DNA from: Octopus sinensis
Taxonomy: Eukaryota
Assembly: GCF_006345805.1 (NCBI RefSeq)
Contig: NC_042997.1
Coordinates: 37,262,001-37,326,000, forward strand
Direction of reading: 5' to 3'
DNA length: 64,000 bases
A model generated the notes under the pieces. The model was not told where the DNA came from and made no database searches. It was given only the letters and a program-made list of their open reading frames with translations. Shown here piece by piece: positions 12,334-24,410 of this stretch. The position numbers were made by a program, and so were the translations under genes. The first letter of the stretch is position 1; each line of letters opens with the position of its first letter.

Positions 12334-12647
12334 AGGCGCAGGAGTGGCTGTGTGGTAAGTAGCTTTCTAACCAACCACATGGTTGCGGGTTCAGTCCCAC
12401 TGCGTGGCACCTTGGGCAAGTGTCTTCTGCTATAGCCCCGGGCCGACCAATGCCTTGTGAGTGGATTTGGTAGAAGGAAACTGAAAGAAGCCCGTCGTAT
12501 ATATGTATATATATATGTGTGTGCGTGTATGTTTGTGTGTCTGTGTTTGTCCCTCTAGCATTGCTTGACAACCTAGCATTTCCTCGACTAAAGGCGTTGC
12601 TCCAGCATGTCCGCAGTCAAACGACTGAAACAAGTAAAAGAATAAAA
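12334..12647 (+). mobile_element. tRNA-derived SINE family D with internal (TA)/(TG) tract and LINE-like 3' tail
   Basis: ggcgcaggagTGGCTGTGTGGtaag (A-box), gggttcagtccc (B-box-like), tail ggcgttgctccagcatgtccgcagtc..ctgaaacaag then A-rich end. Confidence 0.9.
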
Positions 12648-12974
12648 CATTTAACAGATATAAATAAGAACATTTTAAGATGATGAAATAAAAAAATAAA
12701 TCTAATGACTTTATAGTTAGTAGCTATAGCACCTTCTTGAGAGAAAATACTGCAAAGTCAGCAATTTCTTACCCGGTTTTGCATTCAGACGTAATTTCCA
12801 AAACTCGAAAATTACTAAAGAGTATAGTAGAACAAATGGTATCTATACAGCAAAGTCGTGTAACCAAAACACTCTAAACAGCGATGAGCAAAAAGAAAGC
12901 CTACATCTACCTTTCTAATAAAAGGAAAGCTTATTGTAGCAATTAAACACCAGTTATAAGCATCGCTAACTGAT

Positions 12975-12975
<1 letters not shown>

Positions 12976-13008
<33 letters not shown>

Positions 13009-13035
13009 GGGTGGTGGTGGTGGTGGTGGTGGAAC

Positions 13036-13078
<43 letters not shown>

Positions 13079-13092
13079 AGTAGTAGTAGTAG
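12976..13092. repeat. (GTA)n/(GGT)n microsatellite
   Basis: Direct reading. Confidence 0.95.
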
Positions 13093-13429
13093 ACCCTGTT
13101 TTTTATAACAACTATCAATGTTTTAACCGATTTATAAGATAGGCTTGTCGTGCACATTTCCGACACTGTATAATACAGTTATCTATTAATTTAAAACGTA
13201 TTTTAAATGTATTTTAATCATACGCAAACTCACTTAAGTTAGAAAATTTGATGTCATAATATTATTGGCTGTTTCTTTTAATATAGTTTATACGAGGATG
13301 CATACACCATTCTAGCTATTAACGATTTTCCATCTATATAATAAAAAGAAATGTATCTACATCAAAATTAAAATAAACCGCTAGATTTAAAATATTCAAT
13401 ATCCTGTCTCTAACACTTCATTTACGGCA

Positions 13430-13503
13430 CTATAACTCTTGAGTTAGAATAACATCAGAACCAAATTTATCCTTCCTATCATTCTGAACATCTGTATCTA
13501 CTT
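13430..13503 (-). CDS. Candidate terminal exon (EVDTDVQNDRKDKFGSDVILTQEL-stop)
   Basis: Acceptor tcaatatttatttcag, open to TAG; no homology recognised. Confidence 0.18.
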
Positions 13504-15450
13504 CTGAAATAAATATTGAATTCGATAAAAGCATAGTTTGAATATTTCTTGTAAATATGAAACTTTATGGAGCCATTTTTCTAACACGAGATGTTAAATG
13601 GAGACTAGTTCATTTCTACTTTTTATCTGATTGTCTCTCTCGAAGTTAAAAACGACAACATATTCAGTGGGGCATGAAATCCACCGGATCATAAAGGACA
13701 TTGAAAACCAAATGCTGTGAAACATCTCTTTGGTGAGGTTGCTTTTTCAGGACTCCGCAGATATTTCACTGCTAATGTTGTAATGTCACTGAATATCTGT
13801 AGTCACCAGTTGGAGATGCCGGAATTTTATTTAGAGCATCCCAGTTCCTCGTACGCGTATTTTTAATCGGTAATGATGTTATCCAGATGTCCAATTTTCA
13901 ATTAATTAAAGAAAACAACTACGAATACATAAAAGTTCGGTAACTACTCCTCCATCTTGCTTCCAGCTCGCAAGTATTGAATTAAAGCAATCACATAGGA
14001 GTCAGTTCCGGCGCCGACAGCACAAAATAATTTGATATTCCTTATACAGTATTTAGTGAACATAATTCATTTATGCTGACATTTTAAGCAACAATCTAAA
14101 TAATTTGTCAAAATTTCCCTACAGCGTACATGACAGTAGTTGATATTTGTACGGTTGGTGCTAGTAATGATGAACCCTCAGGTCATGTCTACAATTAGAT
14201 ACATTTTAATTTGACTAATTTATCCATATTTCGTATGCAAGGAACTAAAGTATTCGTTGTACTTCTTATCTTACAACACAAAGATTGGTTTCTGTTTAAG
14301 GCTGGTCGAACAATCACATCGCTGATCCCTTTTTGGCGACTAATATGTGTCTCCCAATATATGTGCCTTTTATGGTATTTGCGTTTTCCACATAGTATGC
14401 GGTTCAATTTCCCTGTACTCATGCTTCCTCGAAGAAAAAGGAACGTTGACATTTACTGATTCCGAAGTAAAATATTATACAACATATTCTTCCAGTTGGT
14501 TTGAATAGTTGCTAAAATAGCGAGATATTTTAATTTGGATATGTATCGAATTCTCAAGTTTGATCTGGAATTTCAGTCATTATTATACAAAGGAACATAT
14601 TACATCGACTAAGAAGTAAGTATTATCACTTATTTCATAGTCAAATCTTTGTAGATTTCAATTCGATTTCTTACGGCTAGCTAGAAAATCAGAGCTGATA
14701 TTTAATGTGCAAACTATAGATAGAGGTCTCGGGCAATATCCATCATTCAATTCTACTTTTTGATCTCATATTCGAGAAAACTGTTTGTAACATCTGTTCT
14801 GAACAGATGTTATAATCCCTTGATTAAAGAGTTGAAAGCTAGGAGAAAGTTTGCCATAAAAGATTTTCAATCGATATAGATACCTTTGAAATATTTGTAT
14901 TTAAACATTGATAGTCTTCTAATCTGAAATATATTATTGGGTATTTACATTTTGCACTTCCTTTGATAAGTTACGAAAAACATTCTTGAAAACTATGAAG
15001 TAGCATTCGTATAAAAAAGGAATTCTGCTCAAACAAATACGTTCAGATATACGGAAACATATAATCAAACGAATATGAACAAATTTGCAAATATGCATTA
15101 CTCTGTGTGTATGTATGTGTGTGTGTGTGTGTAGGTGTGTGTGTGTGTGTGTGTGTTTGTGCTTGAAGGAGAGAGGAGACTTACAAGCTGTAATATGCAA
15201 TACATTATTTTTCCACATAATAATAATTCATCTATTAACTTTTTTTTCGTGTATCAAAGAACAAGGGCTGTCTTAGATGCTTAATGGCTGATCAAGACAG
15301 TCACATGGAATGGAACTAAATGAGATTTACATTTCAACATAGCTCCCCCACCCTGTTGCGTACACACTTCTCAACTCAATGCTGCAGTGCTTGCTCCCAT
15401 TGGTGAAGAAGCTTTCATCAGCCGGTCAAAAATGTATTCAACAGCAGATA

Positions 15451-16744
15451 CGAGGGGCGTTCAATAAGTAATACTTCTGACCCACTTGTAATTGTTGTTT
15501 GATCTAGCTGACATTTTGCGTGTGCAATTATTTATATCTCTATAGATTAAGTAGCAAATTACAGCTCTGAACTAATTGTGGTTTCTGATTTACATGTGTT
15601 TGAACTGAGTCAAGTGTGAAATGGAGCCTCTTGAGTGTCGAGCAGTGATCCGGTTTTTGTATTTGAAAGGACGCACACCACGGGAGACTTTTGATGAAAT
15701 GAAAGTAACTTATGGTGATGATGCCCCATCATATGAACTTGTAAAACGCTGCCATTGTGAATTCAAACATAGTCGGAACTCTGTGGAAGCAGCTCCCAGG
15801 TCTGATCGCCCCCCTTCTGCCATTGATGAGGCATCTGTCCGTCAAGTTGAGGCTGCCATTTTGAAAGATCGACGCATAACTATTCGCCAAATAGCCCATG
15901 AGGTCAAGATTAGTACCGGGTCTGTGGAAGCTATCATTCATGACCATTTGCATATGCAAAAGGTGTCTGCCAAATGGATTCCCAAGTTGCTCACACCTTT
16001 CCAGAAGCAAGAACGCGTCGAGTGCTCGAGGATGAATTTGAAGATGTGCCAAGAAGATGAGACAAAATTTTTCAAAATACTGATTACACAGGATGAAACA
16101 TGGGTCCATCACTATGATCTAGAGACCAAAGCCCAGTCAATGCAGTGGAAGCACCGTGACTCACCTCCTCCAAAGAAGGCAAGGGTGCAGCCCTCCGCTG
16201 GCAAGGTCATGCTCACAGTCTTCTGGGACCAAGACGGAGTAGTGATGACAGATTTCCTGGCAAAGGGTACCACAATTACAGGAGCCTATTATGCTTCACT
16301 TTTGAGGAAATTGAGAGAAGCTATCAAAATCAAGTGGCGGGGCAAGATCAGCAAAGACATCCTCCTCCTGCAGGACACGCTCCGGTCCACAACTCGCTTG
16401 TCGCCTGATCAGAAGCACAGGCGTGCGGCTATGAACTCCTCCCCCATCCCCCTACTCTTCTGACCTTGCACCCTCTGATTTTCACCCCTTCCCAGCCATG
16501 ACGTTGTTTTTGAAAGGAAAGCGTTTCCCAGATGATGCAGCCTTGATTTCTGAAGTCACGTCGTGGTTGGAGGACCAAGCTGGGGTCTTCTACAAAAACG
16601 GTCTCCAGAGCTGCATCAAACAATGGGAGAAATGCGTAACTCTGAGTGGTTCTTATGTAGAAAAGAACTAATAACTGTGCCAAGTTTCGTTGCTCTACTG
16701 CTATGGGAAGTGGGTCAGGGGCATTACTTATTGAACGCCCCTCG
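15451..16744 (+). mobile_element. Full-length mariner transposon (Himar1/irritans-like), 1294 bp
   Basis: 36-bp TIRs cgaggggcgttcaataagtaat(acttc/gcccc)tgacccact with 33/36 identity; TA on both flanks (15449-50, 16745-46); transposase gene inside. Confidence 0.97.
15621..16671 (+). pseudogene. mariner DD34D transposase, frameshifted
   Basis: WIPKLL, TQDETWVHHY, SAGKVMLTVFWD; 1-nt deletion at Q-D-(N)A (~16376), then a TGA, then HPPYSSDLAPSDFH..GSYVEKN-stop. Confidence 0.95.
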
Positions 16745-16769
16745 TATGACTGCATGAATATTGCGATAC

Positions 16770-17260
16770 TGTTTCATAACCAAACTTTTGTCATGCGCGG
16801 AAGCAGATGACGATTAGATGATGCAAACCACGGGAATAGGGAGAATGGTCAACACGTTCAAAGCCACAGTCATGCACAGCATCCATTGACACTAAGGACG
16901 TGTGTGCTGAAGTTTTATGTTAATGAATCGAGAACCTTTGCCCCAGTTTTCCATGTCATTTGCTCTTCATAGCTTTTTTGTAACTGCCTCGGCAAGTTGG
17001 CACTTGCGGTGTTGACCTTTTGAAGTCAATAAACACAATGTATTTTTCATAACCGAAAACAACTGAGGCCATCTCTGCAGATGAAACGAAGTTAGCCTTG
17101 TTTGAAGAAGTTGAGAACAGTTTTTTTTCCCTACATAGACTATTTACACCTGGCTTAGAGAGGTGAATCCAACACTCACCATGGCTTTGGAAACGTTCTA
17201 GGAGACTAGCTGGATATGCCAAAAAGAGATTGAAGTCACTTTTGAACAGTCAGATATCAG
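16770..17260 (-). mobile_element. Degenerate mariner transposase fragment
   Basis: SAEMASVVFG..IVFIDF, DCGFERVDHSPYS resemble the mariner catalytic core; multiple frameshifts. Confidence 0.8.
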
Positions 17261-17415
17261 CTTACTTGTTATGAAGAAATACAGTCATTAATAAGAAAGG
17301 TTGAAATTAATGCATACAAGAATTCACAGCTGTAGCATCATGCCTTATCGTCAACCTATGAACTTTTCAGTCAATGCTCTTATGAATGTGACTACACAGA
17401 CAACAAATACACTTC

Positions 17416-17459
<44 letters not shown>

Positions 17460-17464
17460 GGGGG

Positions 17465-17615
17465 GGGTTGATGTTTGTGTTTGTCCACCCACCATCACTT
17501 GACAACCGATGTAAGTGTGTTTACGTTCCCGTAACTTAGCATTTCGTCAAAAGATACCGATATAAGTACTAGATTTGCAAAGAAAAAGTTACCTTTCTTA
17601 TAGGATCAACCGTCC
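17465..17615 (+). mobile_element. SINE family D, 3' fragment
   Basis: tgtttgtgtttgtcc..cacttgacaaccgatg..cgtaacttagcatttcg shares sequence with the 12540-12580 region. Confidence 0.55.
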
Positions 17616-18725
17616 TCTGATCTCGGCATTAATTGCACTCGTCTATTACACCAATTAGTGCCCTTAAATTCTATTTTTTAATTTATAATAATAGAAACTA
17701 TTTATTTTTAAATTTATGTAATGCTTTTTTTGGCTTAATCAGAACGCTGTTGTTATGTAGGGAGTTTCATTATTTGATATTATTTTTGTATGTGACTTTG
17801 CCCTTAAATATCATCTGTCTAAATGTTAGTGCCTTTTTCAGTTCTGTAGCATACCTACGTGTTATAAGTTTCTTACATACTGTTATATACTTAATTTTTA
17901 CTACAATTCGCTATTTACGAGGTTCAGCAATATTTTTCTCCTTTGTTTTTTTTTAAGAAAAAATATAAATGTATATTTATATACACATTTAAGAAAAATA
18001 TATAAATGTATATGTATGTATATTCGAACATGTATACATGCCCGTATATACACGCTCAAACACATAATATCCAAAACAAAAATAAGAACAAATTGAGATT
18101 GCAAACAGCTAGGACATGTTTGGCAAGCATCAATTCTAACAGTCCTGATTTGATGCACTCTATCAACCCCGAATTGATAAAAATCAACAACAGTAGTGTT
18201 TGTACTCAAACGTAGCGACTTGAATTAAATGTCGTGACGTATTTTCCCCGCTGCTATAACGATTTTCCCAATTTGAAATAAGCATTGTAAAATATATTTT
18301 GCAACAATAATAATTTTATTCTTATACATAACAATGCGATAGTAAATTTTATTTTCGCAGGCAATTTCAATGCAAATAATTTCTCTACAATAAATAATAT
18401 ACGTAATATGGTAGCACAAGATTATAATATTGCCGTGTATTTTAATTTTCACAACATCATGTAATCATATTGTAAGCTTCGTATGCACTGAAGAATTGAA
18501 AACAATGCAGGAGAAAAGTAAATATTTTTAACCATTCATTACTTTAATATAAATATTAATATTCGTCATAAATATAGAAACTACGTCTAATATATATTTA
18601 AATCGAACTTACAGAGTTGTTGAAAAGAATAGCACACTTTTTTATTGCTCAACGCAACAAACACAGGTTCAGAGCATTTTTGACGGCGAGTGTGATAGGT
18701 AAATGTGCAGAAAACAGTATACATA

Positions 18726-19630
18726 TGAGGCGGTATCAAAACGTTCCAGGATTAGTGATGTTTAATAAAATATAACGTATTTATCCAACTTTTCACATCA
18801 TGTCCTTCGCAATAGGTGCCTTGCATAGCAATAAACTGGTCCCAGCGTTCCTGACACTTTTGGAATCTGGCCTGCAAGTCGTTTTCCGTAAGCGAGTCCA
18901 GGGCCTTTTGCTATTCATTCTGGATCTCCACAACGGTTTTGAAATGGTAACATGTGAGCTGCGTGTTCACCTTCAAGGTGAGACAGAAGGCCGTAGGTAC
19001 TAAATCTGGCGAATAGGGCGGCTACGGAAGTAATATTATCTTAATTTTGGCGAGAAACTCACGAGTTAGGAGGGCCCAGGTACAAGGTGCAGTGTCATCT
19101 TGAAGAATCCAATTCTTCATGCTGCACAGATCCGTCATTTTCACCTGTCTCAAACACTTGAAGCCGTCGCTGATTGTACTCTGACAAGCCTCATGCATGA
19201 GCAAAGGAATTTTCTCCACATTTCTGGGCGTGCAAATCGTGACAGAACTTCCAGATCGCTCATCGTCTTCCAGAGAGATTCTCCCCATTTGGAAGCGCCC
19301 ATGCCATTCGAAATATTGCTTACAATCCAATGCATCACGCCGTAACCATGCCGAACAATGCCTCTGTAGCAGACTTCCAAGGTTAATGCAAATTTCCCGC
19401 TGGCACGTTGTTCAAACATCCTGTCCTTGATAAACATCGCAGGTCACTCAAATGACATATACGAGTGGTCACACAAACACAAGTTTCACAATTTCCGAAG
19501 TAAAGACACCGATGTCACTCAGCTGACTGCTTCATGAATGGCATTGCTAGCTCTCACTGTATACGCAGCAGTGTGCTGCTATCTGTTAGCGCACTAAACA
19601 ACTAGTGGAGGACATTTTGATACCAGCTCG
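18726..19630 (-). mobile_element. Internally deleted mariner element
   Basis: Imperfect TIRs (t/c)gag..ggtatcaaaa; FEWHGRFQMGRISLEDDERSG (HTH) and WILQDDTAP..REFLAK..PPYSPDL..ERWDQFIAMQGTY. Confidence 0.88.
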
Positions 19631-19840
19631 TGCATATATATATATATACATAGTCAAAATGCGATAAAATAAATTATTATCGCCGGTGATCTAGCACAAA
19701 AGACATTTTAGCCATAGGCCATATGTTATTCGTATATAAGTACATTAAAAGGCTTCCAGAAGAAGAAGTGAGTACTAGATACACAAAAGTTGGATAAATT
19801 AGTGAAATGAAAATTAAAAACCTTTACAAACTCGGTTCAT

Positions 19841-19908
19841 CTTATACTGCAGTTTCGTCTTTTTCAGCATTAAATATAATTTATTGCTCAGGCAGATTCA
19901 TCAGTAAG
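19841..19908 (-). ncRNA. Minimal type-I hammerhead ribozyme candidate, copy 1
   Basis: Exact reverse complement of 20230-20297. Confidence 0.6.
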
Positions 19909-20229
19909 ACACCTGTTATTCAAGAGTCGCATATCAATAGAAGCATGTGCGTATCTACTAATTTGCTATCTCTAACTTTTCAGATCATTGCGCAGACGCA
20001 GAACGTACCCGACAAACAAAGGGGGTTCTGGTATATTGTCTAACGGTCAAAATTTATCGAGAAATACGTAAACATAGTCAAAATGCGATAAAATAAATTA
20101 TTATCGCCGGTGATCTAGCACAAAAGACATTTTAGCCATAGGCCATATGTTATTCGTATATAAGTACATTAAAAGGCTTCCAGAAGAAGAAGTGAGTACT
20201 AGATACCCAAAAGTTGGAATAACAGGTGT

Positions 20230-20297
20230 CTTACTGATGAATCTGCCTGAGCAATAAATTATATTTAATGCTGAAAAAGACGAAACTGCAGTATAAG
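20230..20297 (+). ncRNA. Minimal type-I hammerhead ribozyme candidate, copy 2
   Basis: ctta CTGATGA atct...agac GAAA ctgcag TA taag: stem I ctta/taag, palindromic stem III ACTGCAGT, GUA triplet; A.C mismatch at 10.1/11.1. Confidence 0.6.
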
Positions 20298-20400
20298 ATG
20301 AACCGAGTTTGTAAAGGTTTTTAATTTTCATTTCACTAAATTTATCCAACTTTTGTGTATCTAGTACTCACTTCTTCTTCTGGAAGCCTTTTAATGTACT

Positions 20401-20469
<69 letters not shown>

Positions 20470-20629
20470 TATATACATGCATATATATATATATGTGTGT
20501 GTGTGAGTATAGGTATGTTTTTATATATATACGTATATTATATATATATTATATATATATATATATAATATATATATATATATATAATATATATGTGTGT
20601 GTGTTGTGTGTGTGTGTGTATACGTTTAT

Positions 20630-21062
20630 ATATTTGTTTTGCAAGATTTTTGATGTGAAATCGTATGTTGAAACTGATATTGTTGTATTTAGGAATGGCC
20701 ATTTTGCCAGTTTAGCTAATACAAACACACGCACTATATATTTGGTGTTACTTTGCTTCAGCGTTATTTATTTTTTACTTTAATCTTAATCTTATTTCGG
20801 CCAGAGATATACGCATGCACAAATGAAGACACATACAATAGAAATAGAAAACGGCTGACGGTAAGGAGAGACACATAAATAAGAAAGAAGAAAGCAAAGG
20901 AACACTGATGCGATCACAGGAGTGTGACGAAAAACTCTGGCCGAAATAAGATTAAGATTAATGTAAAAAATAAATAACGCTGAAGCAAAGTAACACCAAA
21001 TATATAGTGCGTGTGTTTTTATTGGCTAAACTGGCAAAATGACCATTCATAAATACAACAAT
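20630..21062. mobile_element. Fold-back PLE-type terminus, 128-bp arms (20679-20806 / 20935-21062)
   Basis: Arms are near-perfect reverse complements; spacer ends in CTGATGC-g-atcaca-ggag-tgtga-c-GAAA (truncated hammerhead-like); (TA)n flanks. Confidence 0.7.
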
Positions 21063-21082
21063 GTATGTATATATATATATAT

Positions 21083-21137
<55 letters not shown>

Positions 21138-21609
21138 TGTAGAGAGTTTTTGAAGTGATATACAGATATTGTATATTGAGAATAATAAGGTAGTCAGAAT
21201 GTTGCATAAATACATAAATTCCGATTTACATATATAGCGCTTTCGTCCTTTATCGGATTTATCTACAAAGTAGTTTATAGTAAGTTTGCTTGGAGTTCTT
21301 ATATAAAATTGGAAGTGATGATGTTTTAGGAAGACAGAGATAGAGAGGAGAGACCTGGAGAGGGAAAGAGAGGAACAAATTAGAAAGGAAGTTGCATAGG
21401 GTGAGAGAGGAGAAGAGAATGGGAGATAGTGAAGCTTTAGAAGAGTAAAGTTAAAAGGGCATTTTGGTTGTTTGCAGGGGAAGGGAAAACCAAAAAGTAA
21501 GATTTTTGAGAAAGAGACGTGGCTTTTGTATCAACACTGATTTTAAAGTAAGCACAGGTATGATTTTAAATACAATCTCAAATACATTTAAGCGTTAATT
21601 TGTTGCTCC

Positions 21610-22412
21610 CCCCTCTCTCTCTCTTTTATTGCCTTGAAAATATTCTCCATATGAAGTGATGCACCGTGCTGTAAGCGTTTTCTGCCGTTCGAAGCAATAC
21701 TGGAACTTTTGCGAAGTGACGCCTTGTAACGCCTCTGTCGTTTTGCTTTTCCTCTTCCACATCTGCAAATTCCGTAGCACCAGCTTTCGTCACCAGTGAT
21801 GACCTTCGAAAGAGGTATTGATCAACTTCCAGCTGTTCTTTCAGTTCACGACACGAAATCAGTTGTAACTGTTTTTGATCTTCTGTAAGCAAGCGAGCCA
21901 TACATTTGCTGACAATCTTTTCATTCGGAATTCCTTACAGAAAAATCGTTGACAGGAGCTCCAGGAGACACCTGTCATATCAGTAAGTTTGTCACTTGTT
22001 TGCCGACAGCCCTCTAAGATCAGTTCATTGATTTTCATGATGCTTTCATTCGTTCGGGAGGTCGACAGTAGCCCTAAACGAGGTTAGTCCTCAAGTGACA
22101 AGAGACCATTCCTAAAGCGTGAAAGCCACACATAAACTTATTTTCTCATGGCAGTGTCTTTGTAAGCAATTTGAAGCATGACATCTATTTCTGTCGCTGT
22201 TTTCCCAGCGGAAGCAAAACTTCCTGGAAGCACGCTGTTCCTTCGTTTCAGCCATCGAAAAATCGACTGACAATGGAGAAGCACTGCAAAACAAAGACGC
22301 ACAGGTGGCAGGCCGATACCTGATGATCGCATCAAGTGTTTCTTATGGCTGAAGCCTGAACCACAATGGGCTTGTCCCGCAGAGAAGGTTTCCTGTTATT
22401 TTTGGGTACCCG
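21610..22412 (-). mobile_element. Internally deleted mariner element
   Basis: 5' TIR-like tacgggtacccaaaaataacaggaa at ~22390-22414; MAETKEQRASRKFCF, RLLTEDQKQ..CRELKEQLE, CITSYGEYFQGNK. Confidence 0.8.
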
Positions 22413-23019
22413 TATTGTGATAAAACTAGTACTTTCGGGCGTTATGCCATCATCGGCTTCACGTAGTAGTAGTGACAGTCGAATTCCATAATTGGCAATT
22501 GTCATAAAATGAATAAATTTGACCTTTAAATACCTCCCCAATGGATTCCAGAAGGCTGAATCTTACGAACTATATTTTAAACAATCAGTATGTAGCTTGA
22601 ATTTCACGATTCAGCAACTGCCTCAACTAATTTAGCATTTATCCCACTACTGTCAAAGAAATAATTTCGCCAATTGGTGTGCAGCCTAAATGTCACGGTT
22701 TCGACGGCTCCTCAATGATTCTTTAGTTTGGCTGCACCTAAAGAAATAATTGTTTGGTTATATTTAGGAATGTTGTAAACAACATTACTGTTTTTCTTGA
22801 ATTCTATTGCTACTATTCTTACAATTTTCCAGAAATTTTACGTTTCCATCGAGTCACTATTGGTTAAAGCTACCATCATCATCACCATCACCTTTATTGC
22901 TGTTGTTGTTAGTGGTGGTTGTAATAGCAGTAGTAATAGAAACAGTACATATCATTATCATTATTATCATCATCAATATAATTATCACCGTTACTAAAAC
23001 TATTATTATTACCGTCCAT

Positions 23020-23285
23020 TAAAACGGGTTTCAATTTATCAATGAAATTCTTTTCTACGACATTTCTCTCGACTTCTCTTGAGTTGTGTAATTTATAGAA
23101 AGGGAATGTTATGAACATTTACTGCCCACATGTTGCCAGGTGGTTACTTCAAGGGATCTAACAGATATCAAGATCCCTAATTTGCCACCGGTGCGCACGT
23201 GACTGTTCCGACGATTATTCCCGGTTTGATCAACGTATATCTCTTGAAAGTTCGGTCATTTGATTTAGTAAATTACATTTCTGCT
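23020..23285 (-). mobile_element. Penelope-like GIY-YIG endonuclease fragment
   Basis: NVIY*IK*PNFQEIYVDQTGN then FITFPFYKL..ERNVVEKNFIDKLKPVL, matching the PLE endonuclease pattern NVIYxIxC..C.E.YIGQTG...E..FI.K.KP.LN. Confidence 0.75.
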
Positions 23286-23337
23286 TTATATATATATAAA
23301 GTAAGAGAGAGAGTGACATACAGACAGTCAGACCAAT

Positions 23338-23377
23338 AGATGGATAGACAGACAGACAGAAAGACAGACAGACAGAC

Positions 23378-23469
<92 letters not shown>

Positions 23470-23470
23470 G
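23338..23470. repeat. (GACA)n(GATA)n microsatellite
   Basis: Direct reading. Confidence 0.97.
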
Positions 23471-23899
23471 GACGCTACATTATATCATATTATGTTATAT
23501 ATTATCAGTGGACTTCTGCAGAGTCTTCTCACGATATAATCCCTTCAAATTTCAGTTGCCAAGGTAAGGCCAAAAGCTAACATAACTTCCGCGTACAAGA
23601 AGCGAACAAACAACAACAGATTTGTGCAAATATCTTCTGAATCGTGAAGGAAGTAACATATCCTAATTCTGTATATAATACGGTATATACTTTGTCAAAT
23701 TTGTTAATAATTGAAATAGCTAATACTTTCATTTTCTACTGTCTATGTAACCTGTCCCTATAGTAATTATTGTCTTGCATAATTTTCTATATTTAAATTA
23801 GTTATTTCAATGGTTTTTAAGATGCGTATTTGTTTCTGACAAAAATTCAGTTGCATGTGGGATAAAGTTTTATTAGTTTCTACATGTTATATTAGTTTT

Positions 23900-24152
23900 A
23901 TGGCAATTATATATATATATATTATATATATATATTATATATACATGTGTGTGTGTGAGAGAGAGAGTCTGTGCTCTTGTGCACATGTACATATATGTAT
24001 ATATGCGTGTGTCGTGTGTGTATGTATGTGAGTGTGCGTGAGCGTGCGAGTGTGTATGTTTATGTAACCGGATACATATATGTGTGTATATATATATACG
24101 CATGTATGTATATCTATATATATGTATATATATATACATATATATATGTATA

Positions 24153-24201
<49 letters not shown>

Positions 24202-24301
24202 AAGTATGTATGTATACATATATATATATACACACAATCACACACATATATAGAGCAGCATATATGCGCATGTATATATATATATATATATATATATAAT
24301 G

Positions 24302-24339
<38 letters not shown>

Positions 24340-24410
24340 GCACATATATATATACATACACATACACACACACACGCACACATATATATATAAATATATA
24401 CATATATATG
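23900..24410. repeat. (TA)n/(TG)n/(CA)n compound microsatellite
   Basis: Direct reading. Confidence 0.95.

Larger units (their letters stand above)
19648..20406. mobile_element. Penelope-like terminal repeat structure (direct plus inverted duplication) in (TA)n
   Basis: 19648-19794 = 20072-20218 (147 bp, 1 mismatch); 20217-20406 = reverse complement of 19733-19921 (1 indel); contains a hammerhead motif. Confidence 0.75.

Noticed and set aside
13560-13800. PKD1-like GPS-region resemblance (SGGFHAPLNMLSF), with similar impressions at 59800-61540
   Set aside because: Short matches, many stops, and segment order incompatible with a polycystin gene.
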